Shown here one piece after another: positions 1 to 7,204 of a stretch of DNA of 64,000 nt. Numbering within the stretch: position 1 is the first letter of the stretch; the number at the start of each line of letters is the position of its first letter. A program made the position numbers and the translations under genes. Under the pieces are notes generated by a model, which was not told the origin of the DNA, made no database searches, and saw only the letters and a program-made list of their open reading frames with translations. Source of the DNA: Dehalococcoidia bacterium (GTDB lineage: Bacteria > Chloroflexota > Dehalococcoidia > Bin125); the NCBI GenBank assembly GCA_965262235.1, contig OZ253504.1, positions 2,582,354 through 2,646,353 on the forward strand. Direction: 5' to 3'.

Positions 1-99
1 CAGCGATCGCTCTGGGACATCGTCGACGCCTGCGAAACCACCGAGCAGGCCCAGGCCATTATCGGCGGCAACGCGGCGAAGGTCTGGGGGCTGGACTGA
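1..99 (+). CDS. 3' end of an amidohydrolase-family gene (partial, runs off window start)
   Basis: Frame 1 reads ...IIGGNAAKVWGLD* with stop at 97-99, a typical C-terminus of metal-dependent amidohydrolases. Confidence 0.35.
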   Translation, partial: QRSLWDIVDACETTEQAQAIIGGNAAKVWGLD

Positions 100-121
100 C
101 ATTCGCGATCGAGGCATAGCC

Positions 122-562
122 GTGGACGAGGTTGACGTCACGAAGGGGGAAAACCGGGTCTGGTTTGGGCCCCTGTGCGTGGCGCGAATTGACGACGGTC
201 GATGCCAGATCGAGGTACGCGACGATGCCGGGCGGACGCATCCGGTTGAAGTGCCCGATTACCTGATCGAGATGGTGCGTGGCGCGCTAGGCAAGTGCGT
301 GCAGATCAGCTGCATGGAGACCAAGGACGACGACGGCAATCTGAAGGCCACGGCCTATTTCCTACGCCTGCTGACGCCCGGTGAGATCGGCCCACTCCTA
401 CCGACGAAGTCGTGGCGCGAACGCGCGATCGAGCAGGGTATTGACCCGGATGATCCCCCGAATATTTTGCCCGCCGTCGCAGCGATGCTCCCGACCCGCG
501 ACGATGCCGTGAGGTTCGGCCGAGAACTGGAGAAGCTGCGCGGTCGGAAGATCTTTGACTGA
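122..562 (+). CDS. hypothetical protein, possible antitoxin partner of the downstream PIN gene
   Basis: 146-aa ORF with GTG start; its end overlaps the start of the PIN ORF by 8 bp, a typical TA-operon arrangement. No recognisable motif. Confidence 0.4.
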   Translation: MDEVDVTKGENRVWFGPLCVARIDDGRCQIEVRDDAGRTHPVEVPDYLIEMVRGALGKCVQISCMETKDDDGNLKATAYFLRLLTPGEIGPLLPTKSWRERAIEQGIDPDDPPNILPAVAAMLPTRDDAVRFGRELEKLRGRKIFD

Positions 563-1043
563 CGATCCGATCTCGGCGCAAGCTGCGTCACTGGACACGA
601 GCGTCTTCCGACTGCTGGTTCACGCACGGAGCGATGATCCCGACTATCGCCCGCTGACCCGGCGCCGCGCGCTCCAGCTGACGTACTTCGTCGACGCCGA
701 GCTGCGCGCCGTTCGGTGGGACACCGACGATGCCGATCCTGCGCGCGCCCTGCGCACCCGTTGCACAACAACGGGACCTCCGGACGAGCGAACGAAAGAT
801 GCGTTCGTGCGGGCCAAGCGCGCCTTCGACTCGCTTGGATTCTCGCAGGCGCAGCGAAATCACACTGACCTGTGGATCGTGGCACAGACAGCCCAGAGTC
901 GCCTTGCCCTCATCACTCACGACAGGTCGATGGTTCGGATCGCGCACGCGCTCGGTGTGGAGACACTCACGTTGCTCCCTGACATTGAGCAGCAGTTGGC
1001 CGACGATCGGCGGCGCCTGGCGGAGCTTGCGCGCGACGCCTAG
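555..1043 (+). CDS. PIN-domain ribonuclease (VapC-like toxin)
   Basis: N-terminal LDTSV segment and C-terminal DLWIVAQTAQSRLALITHDRSMVRIA segment match the PIN fold acidic-residue pattern. Close paralog of the ORF at 42999-43481. Confidence 0.6.
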   Translation: MTDDPISAQAASLDTSVFRLLVHARSDDPDYRPLTRRRALQLTYFVDAELRAVRWDTDDADPARALRTRCTTTGPPDERTKDAFVRAKRAFDSLGFSQAQRNHTDLWIVAQTAQSRLALITHDRSMVRIAHALGVETLTLLPDIEQQLADDRRRLAELARDA

Positions 1044-1147
1044 ATCAGGCCGGCGCCCGACAGCTCTTCGAGCTGCTCGCCTCTGAGGCCGAGTTCTGCG
1101 CTCGGCACCTCCCGCGTGTGCTCGCCGAGCAGGGGCGCGCTCCCACG
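1040..1147 (-). pseudogene. 3'-terminal remnant of a family-III CoA-transferase gene (duplicate of the end of the gene at 1349-2548)
   Basis: About 100 bp nearly identical to 1346-1452. Minus strand reads ...AELGLRGEQLEELSGAGLI* against the intact ...SAELGLSADQLEELSGAGVI*. No upstream coding continuation. Confidence 0.5.
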
Positions 1148-1149
1148 GA

Positions 1150-1345
1150 ACTCATCACACTGTCGAACTCACAGTGGTTGTTCGCCTGTCACATCTGGAA
1201 GACAACGAACCTTGTCTGCCAGATCGTCGCCGAAGTGACAGACAAATCTCTTTGCCTTGAATGTATGACAAGTGAACCGGCTTGCCTGTCACCCTCGAGC
1301 CGATGTGGAAGACAAACTCGCTTGTCTCTCAGGTATGACAGGCAA
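1150..1345. repeat. hairpin-rich, lower-GC element with nested inverted repeats (candidate MITE or structured ncRNA)
   Basis: Inverted repeats cactgt/acagtg, ctgtcac/gtgacag (twice) and agacaa/ttgtct (twice) within about 200 bp, bounded by 100-bp direct repeats (1043-1147 and 1346-1452). Confidence 0.4.
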
Positions 1346-1348
1346 CGA

Positions 1349-2548
1349 TCAGATCACGCCGGCGCCCGACAGCTCCTCGAGCTGATCGGCGCTGAGGCCG
1401 AGCTCTGCGCTCAGCACGTCGTGGGTGTGCTCGCCGAGCAGGGGGGCGCGCTGGTGGACGGCGGGTGACTCTGAGAGCCTGATCGGGCAGCCGAGCAGCG
1501 TCATCGGACCGCGATCGGGGTGCTCGATATCGACTAGCATCCCGCGCTCGCGCATGTGCTCGTTGTTGAAGACCTCCCCGCTGTCGAGCACTGGTCCGGT
1601 CGGCACGCCGGCTGCGCCGAGGATCTCCATCACCTCGAACTTGGTGTGCTGCAGCGTCCAGGCTTCAATCGCCTCGCGCAGGTCGGCGCTGCCGTCGCGC
1701 GAGAAGCTGCGTGGGTCGTGCGATTCGAGCAGGTCATTGCGACCGATCGCCCCGAGCAGCGCAGCCCACATGCGACCGTTCGCGACTACCACCCAGACCC
1801 AGTCACAGCGAGCGCCCGGCTTGCAGGGGAACAGACCGGTCGGAGACGTTTGACCGTCGCCGTAGGGCGGCACCGGGTCGCCGAACACTTCGCGACGCGT
1901 CATTGGGACGCGCGTGTAGTTCGTCACCGCTTCCTGCATCGAGAGCTCGACCTGTTGGCCCACCCCGTCGCGCTGACGCTGCCAGAGCGCCGCCAGCATG
2001 CCGATTGCGGCCTGCACGCCCGTGCCGGTGTCGCCCATCGTCGGCCCCGGTTTGAGCGGCAGCGTGTCCGCGGTCCCGGTCAACGACATCGCGCCGCCGG
2101 TCGCCTGCGCGATCATGTCGAACGACTTCGTGTGGGCCCACGGCCCGGTCGTTCCGAAGCCCTTGACGGTGCAGTAGATCAGCTGGGGGTGCAGCTCCTT
2201 GAGCACGTCGTAGCCGACTCCCAGCCGTTCCATCGTGCCCAGCGTGAAGTTCTCCACCACGATGTCGAAGTTCGGCACGAGTCGCAGGAACAGCTCGCGA
2301 CCGGCGTCCGACTTGAGGTCGATCGTGACCGATTTCTTGTTGTTGTTGAGCGTGATGAAGTAGGTCGAGTCGACGCCGTCGTCACCGCGCAGCCCCCGCC
2401 CCGGTTCGCCGCGTCCGGGCGGCTCGACCTTCACAATGTCCGCCCCCAGCCAGCCCAACGCCTGCGTCGAGGAGGTCCCCGCCTCGTATTGCGTCAGGTC
2501 AAGAATCCGAACATCCGCCAGCGCACGGTCCATCAGCAGCTCCTTCAA
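1349..2548 (-). CDS. family III CoA-transferase (CaiB/BaiF)
   Basis: N-terminus VRILDLTQYEAGTSSTQALGWLGADIVKVEPPGRGE matches the CaiB/BaiF signature; 399 aa. Confidence 0.85.
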   Translation of the reverse strand: MKELLMDRALADVRILDLTQYEAGTSSTQALGWLGADIVKVEPPGRGEPGRGLRGDDGVDSTYFITLNNNKKSVTIDLKSDAGRELFLRLVPNFDIVVENFTLGTMERLGVGYDVLKELHPQLIYCTVKGFGTTGPWAHTKSFDMIAQATGGAMSLTGTADTLPLKPGPTMGDTGTGVQAAIGMLAALWQRQRDGVGQQVELSMQEAVTNYTRVPMTRREVFGDPVPPYGDGQTSPTGLFPCKPGARCDWVWVVVANGRMWAALLGAIGRNDLLESHDPRSFSRDGSADLREAIEAWTLQHTKFEVMEILGAAGVPTGPVLDSGEVFNNEHMRERGMLVDIEHPDRGPMTLLGCPIRLSESPAVHQRAPLLGEHTHDVLSAELGLSADQLEELSGAGVI

Positions 2549-2587
2549 GTGGTTTAATCGAGGGTAGCGATCCCGAGCGGGCGAGCG

Positions 2588-2785
2588 TCAGTCGCTGACC
2601 TCTTCGAAGGAGAAAGACCGGACGCCGATGCGCTCGCTGGCGTGTTCGAGGGTGATCGCGCAGAGTCGGCCGCCGGAGTCGAACTCAAGCAGCGTTTGCT
2701 CGTCAAGGTCGCGGGATTCCTCAATCGGCTCGGCGCACAGCTCGAGGTAGAGCGTGTCCGTGTCGGCGAAGTAAGTGACCTTCAT
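2588..2785 (-). CDS. DUF2283 domain protein
   Basis: MKVTYFADTDTLYLEL... matches the DUF2283 N-terminus. Start trimmed to the internal Met at 2785 (ORF track extends to 2905). Lies 20 bp downstream of the MTase gene on the same strand. Confidence 0.55.
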   Translation of the reverse strand: MKVTYFADTDTLYLELCAEPIEESRDLDEQTLLEFDSGGRLCAITLEHASERIGVRSFSFEEVSD

Positions 2786-2804
2786 GGCGTGGAATTCGTT
2801 GGCG

Positions 2805-5732
2805 TCAGATGACGAGCTTCGCGCCTGGGGGCCGCGCTTTGCCGCCATGCACGGAGGGTTCGGCGCACCACTTGGCGGCAAGTCGGCGCACTCCTTCGTA
2901 GACATCCTCGTCGAAGCCGAGCAGGTCGCAGATGACTCGCCGGTCGAGCAAGGCGCGATTGGGGTCGGCGTCCGCGAGGTAGGCGGGCTCGAGTTCTAGT
3001 TCGCGGAACTCATCGAAGATCGCTTCGGCATTGAAGAGCTGGATTGCGTTCAGCGAAGTCAGGTCGAGTATAGGCAAGTTGTGCATTGTCTTGACAGTCA
3101 TATCACCTCTCCCTGCCTGTGAGCGATTCGAGTGCCACCAATAGAGGAGCAGACCAAGGGTGCAATTTCCCCACAACGCAAAAGCGCAGTCATATGTATC
3201 GTTATCGAAGATGACGTTCGGCCAGGCACGACCTCCGGCGGCTTTTGTCTCGGTCATGGCCACTGCCAGAGGTTGAGAAGTGAACCGAAATCCCCGGCTA
3301 ACGTGTGAGCGGCTCACTGATTCCCACCGGTTAGATGCATTCAACTCCATGCCTGGTCGCACGATGAACTGCGAATCTGGGTGGCAGAGTATTTTGGTTT
3401 CCCGTTGAGCATTGTGTGTCCACAACGCAGGATAAGTCGCGGTCGGACTTGCAGAGGCTCGTTTGAACGGACCCTTGTGCGCGGTACTAATAAAGAGCTG
3501 AGAGTCGAGACCTCGACGGCCGATCTTGCCGAGAGCCGAAATTGCTAGTTCTGTGGGGTAGGCGTTCGGTGGGAGCCATAGCTTCCCATCGGAGAGCGAA
3601 GCGGCGATCTGGCCCACGGCTGCATCCGAGAGCCGCGCGGCTCCCCATCCAGCGTCAGAGTGAGGTGCCGGAGCGTCCAGAGTCTCTCCCACATGTTCGT
3701 CACCGATGGAGACAATCGTTCCCCCAAATGGTCCGCCTTCGACCTTTCGGATGGATTCATGGCGCGAAAGGGCCATCGCCATCCCGCTCGCATCGGCAAG
3801 GTTTCGGGGACGTCCGAGAATTGACGTGAACTTGCCGCGCGAGTCGGCGTCGCTCGGTACACGTTTCGCAGGTCGCTTTCTGGCGATGACCAGGCATTCG
3901 GCCACCCCGGTATCGTTGGAGAACGACAGGGCATGGTCCTCGCCCTCCGCGATGGTTAAGATCGTCAAGTCTTCATACTCCGCTGCGAGTAATGTCCGCA
4001 CTTTCTTCCAAGAAGACGCGTTGACCATTGATGCAAGCAGCACAAAAGCCATTACTCCTCCCTTCTTCAGCTTTCGATGTGCTATAGAGACGAATGCCGA
4101 TCCCAGGCCCGCGTGACCGTGATACGTAGTGCCTTTCGCCAGCTTCTTCACCTCAGCAGCCATGTCCGCTTGGTCTGCTTCAGTGGCGTTGAATGCGGCG
4201 AAAGCGGCGTTCAAGACCGCGTCGCCTGCATCAAAGTGCTTGGTATTACTGGTGAACGGCGGATTCATGATGACCAGATCGAAGCCGATGTCCGGAATGT
4301 CAACGGTCACCTGCGCCGCGGTCTCCTCTCCCGCACTGCCGGTGCGGAGGGCAGGATCGCTGGTGTTGAAGAGCGTTAACAGGTGCGATTCCTTTAGCAG
4401 CTCCAGCGAGCCGACCTGTACGCCGCCGTCTTCCTGGCGTCCGTAGGGCATCGTGTAGAGGCGCGACTGTTGATAGTCGATGTTGGGCTGCCCGCCGGCC
4501 AGAGTTGCGCCGGTGATGTGCACCGCCGAGGGCATCACGTCGCAGCCGTAGAGGACTTGCTCCATCATCGGGGCGTGGAGCTTGGCGGGATCGCCGCCGG
4601 CGCGTTCGTGACGGGCGGCGATCTGGTCGTAGACGGCGGAGAGCAACGCGCCGGTGCCACAGGCGAAATCGCCTACGCGGAGTTTGCCGATGGCGTCCGC
4701 ATCGGACCAGTCGATGTCTTGCAGTTTGGCGACCGCGAGGCGGGCCAGCAGCGCCGCGGAGGCAGGGCGGGTGTAGAACGTGGCGAGGTACTTCCGGTCG
4801 GCGATCAGGCGCTGGAAGATGCGGCCCGTGAGGTCATGCGCGTTGTCGATTCCGGCCGCGTCTATCTCTTGGGCGGTCTCGCGCAGTGCGGCGAGGATGT
4901 GCGCGGCCGCGCCGGACGGCAGTTGCTCGACGATGTCCTTGGCGATGGCGAAGATGGGGAAATAGTTGATCGCGAGGATCTGGTCCCAGGCGGAGAGTGT
5001 TTCTTCCTGCGGGTTGGCGACGCCGGGGCCGCAGACCATGTGGAGCGGTTTGACGCCCTCGTGCATGCCGGCGATTCGTTCGTGGAAGACAAGCGCGTTG
5101 GCGATGATGGCGCAGGCCATGCGGCGGGTCTGCGGCACGTTGCGCATGCCGAGCAGATCGGCGACGGCGCGCACGATTCCGCGCTGGGTGTCGCTCATCT
5201 CATCGAGCACGCTGGCGGCGCGCTCGATCCCCGCCTGGAGGGAATCGGCGGCCCGGTTCACTTCCTTCTGCGGCATCGAGACGAGCCGGATCAGGTCGGC
5301 GAGGTCCTCGATTCCACCGTCCAGCCAACCTGATTCGGGGAAGCGGATGCGCCGCTCGTCCTTGTCGAACTCGTCGTAGAGCACGCACCAAGAGAGGCGC
5401 GTCTGCTGCAGGGCCTCGTTCAGGTCAGCTGCGGTGCGCAGCGGGGTGGGATAGCGCAGCGCGATCGCCGCTTCGATGGCTCGCGACTCACCGATGACAA
5501 TCCTGCCCAGCCGGTCGGCGGCTTCTTGCTCGGCGGTGTAGGCGGGCATGAACTCCGCTTCGACGACGACGGGTGATCGGCCGGGCGCGGTGATCAGGTT
5601 GTCGAGCTGCCAGGCAGGATGTCCGACGATCAGCTGGGTGTGCTCGGAGCGAACGAGGCAGGCCCCCACCATCCGTTTCAGCAGACCGCCCAATGCGGTG
5701 TTGACGCTCGGCTCCGTCTGTTGGGAGGGCAT
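2805..5732 (-). CDS. large N6-adenine DNA methyltransferase-domain protein, Type IIG/IIL (MmeI-like) or PglX-like
   Basis: Gamma-class MTase motif I DFACGTGALL and motif IV NPPF about 140 aa downstream. 975 aa with about 340 aa N-terminal to the MTase core and about 450 aa C-terminal (TRD-like). The C-terminal half (about 3000-4100) is markedly AT-richer than the flanks. Confidence 0.75.
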   Translation of the reverse strand: MPSQQTEPSVNTALGGLLKRMVGACLVRSEHTQLIVGHPAWQLDNLITAPGRSPVVVEAEFMPAYTAEQEAADRLGRIVIGESRAIEAAIALRYPTPLRTAADLNEALQQTRLSWCVLYDEFDKDERRIRFPESGWLDGGIEDLADLIRLVSMPQKEVNRAADSLQAGIERAASVLDEMSDTQRGIVRAVADLLGMRNVPQTRRMACAIIANALVFHERIAGMHEGVKPLHMVCGPGVANPQEETLSAWDQILAINYFPIFAIAKDIVEQLPSGAAAHILAALRETAQEIDAAGIDNAHDLTGRIFQRLIADRKYLATFYTRPASAALLARLAVAKLQDIDWSDADAIGKLRVGDFACGTGALLSAVYDQIAARHERAGGDPAKLHAPMMEQVLYGCDVMPSAVHITGATLAGGQPNIDYQQSRLYTMPYGRQEDGGVQVGSLELLKESHLLTLFNTSDPALRTGSAGEETAAQVTVDIPDIGFDLVIMNPPFTSNTKHFDAGDAVLNAAFAAFNATEADQADMAAEVKKLAKGTTYHGHAGLGSAFVSIAHRKLKKGGVMAFVLLASMVNASSWKKVRTLLAAEYEDLTILTIAEGEDHALSFSNDTGVAECLVIARKRPAKRVPSDADSRGKFTSILGRPRNLADASGMAMALSRHESIRKVEGGPFGGTIVSIGDEHVGETLDAPAPHSDAGWGAARLSDAAVGQIAASLSDGKLWLPPNAYPTELAISALGKIGRRGLDSQLFISTAHKGPFKRASASPTATYPALWTHNAQRETKILCHPDSQFIVRPGMELNASNRWESVSRSHVSRGFRFTSQPLAVAMTETKAAGGRAWPNVIFDNDTYDCAFALWGNCTLGLLLYWWHSNRSQAGRGDMTVKTMHNLPILDLTSLNAIQLFNAEAIFDEFRELELEPAYLADADPNRALLDRRVICDLLGFDEDVYEGVRRLAAKWCAEPSVHGGKARPPGAKLVI

Positions 5733-5798
5733 GATTCTAGGTTAGGCGGCAGTGACTGCGCCGCACAACCGTTCGAGGACAACCGGAGATGTCACTCT

Positions 5799-6179
5799 TC
5801 ACCCGGGTTCCGCATCAGGCGGATATAGCCTTCGCGTTCGAAAGTCGTCCATGACCTCCATGGAGATGCAGTCGACCAGGCTGCAAGTCTTGTCGGAGAG
5901 ATTTTCGTAACGAGTAAGTGCTCGCGCGAAGAGGCCAGGGCGTTGCGCGACGACTTCAATGTTAGGGTTCGCATATAGACTACGGGTCAGTTTGGCGGCG
6001 GCGGCGCGAAGCTGCCGTCGCTTGTTCAAACGCGCCAGCACTTCGCTGAGCACACTGTCGGTAGTGACGATCTGCGCGTGTCCGACCGCTTCCTCCGCGA
6101 CGACGGCGGCCTCGTGAAGGTTATCCGCCGGATTGACCTTTGCGATCCAGAATGCGGCGTCAGCGAACACGCGGTGCAT
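5799..6179 (-). CDS. PIN-domain nuclease
   Basis: MHRVFADAAFWIA...IVTTDSVLSEV...SLVDCISMEVM...DD shows the PIN acidic residues. Alternative upstream start at 6227 would overlap the preceding gene. Confidence 0.55.
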   Translation of the reverse strand: MHRVFADAAFWIAKVNPADNLHEAAVVAEEAVGHAQIVTTDSVLSEVLARLNKRRQLRAAAAKLTRSLYANPNIEVVAQRPGLFARALTRYENLSDKTCSLVDCISMEVMDDFRTRRLYPPDAEPG

Positions 6180-6198
6180 CGGGAGAACACCCGTGGGA

Positions 6199-7113
6199 TC
6201 AGTGAGCGGCGCTGAAATAGTCGTCATGCCGGGCTGCCAAGTCTTGAGGCAGGGAGCCCCACTCGTCGTCAGGGACAGCTGCGAAGGCGGCGGTGACCAT
6301 CTCAGAAACGGTGGGGGCGGTCGGGTCGAACACCCAGTTTTCTAGACTGACATCGTCGATCGAATCGACGCGGTCGATGCGGTAGATTTCACCGTCGCTC
6401 CGGTAGCGTCCGAATCCGCGGACTCGCAGTTCGATCGAGTCGTGCTCGTGCAGGGCAGCTGTGATTTGGTCTTCCTGTTCCGGGGAGAAGATCGCGTTGA
6501 CGGACTCCGTCGTGCTCAACCATAGCTGGAAGGTGTGTCGGTGCACGTCGGCGGCGAGGACACGGCCAATCACGTCAACGATGTCATCAACGGTGTTGGG
6601 AAGGCGCCGGCGGAACTGTGCGCGTGCGATGTCATTGATTCGTGTCGGACGGCGATTCGCCGGCACGAATGCCAATGTAGCTCCGGAGGGAAGTCGCGAC
6701 CCAAGCTGGGCGTAGGTGTCGCAGAGGCTAGGGGTGAGTGCGGACGGCGGTTCCGTATCGCCTGAGACGGCGTCGTATGCGTCGCCCATGAACTTGACGG
6801 CCTCCGACAGTTCATTGTCGAACAGATCAAGCTGCTGGCCAGCAGTAGGCGAGCGGTCAAGGATGACAATAGTACTGCCCGATCTGATCTCGTGCATATG
6901 CACTTGTAGCGAATCAGTGAACCGCCGTGGCAATCGTTCGCGGTGCGGGTGACTCAGTTTCCACCTGGCCTTGGCAGTGTCAGAAATCGCACGCATGACC
7001 TTGACGACTTCCTCGAGGGCGCGATCGTCCAAGGCGCACGAGTCGTAGATGCCGCCAGAGAAACGCAGTTCGACGAGGGGGCTTTTGCTTTGGTCCATCG
7101 GTCCACTCCGCAC
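6199..7113 (-). CDS. hypothetical protein (304 aa), first gene of the MTase-containing cluster
   Basis: Long ORF with the lower-GC codon usage of this islet; no recognisable motif. Co-directional and tightly spaced with the PIN and MTase genes. Confidence 0.45.
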   Translation of the reverse strand: MRSGPMDQSKSPLVELRFSGGIYDSCALDDRALEEVVKVMRAISDTAKARWKLSHPHRERLPRRFTDSLQVHMHEIRSGSTIVILDRSPTAGQQLDLFDNELSEAVKFMGDAYDAVSGDTEPPSALTPSLCDTYAQLGSRLPSGATLAFVPANRRPTRINDIARAQFRRRLPNTVDDIVDVIGRVLAADVHRHTFQLWLSTTESVNAIFSPEQEDQITAALHEHDSIELRVRGFGRYRSDGEIYRIDRVDSIDDVSLENWVFDPTAPTVSEMVTAAFAAVPDDEWGSLPQDLAARHDDYFSAAH

Positions 7114-7204
7114 GATTATGGTAACCGACGCAGTGCAGGCAGTTCGGCATGGGGTTGTGCTCAGGCGCGAGCACCGTTGGCATCCGCGCTGGGGCGGGGG
7201 CGCG

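Noticed and set aside
2805-7113. Canonical BREX or DISARM system
   Set aside because: Only the PglX/MmeI-like MTase is present. No BrxA/BrxB/BrxC ATPase, PglZ, BrxL, DrmA/B/C or separate R/S subunits are evident in the flanking 10 kb, so it is not called as BREX/DISARM or Type I RM.
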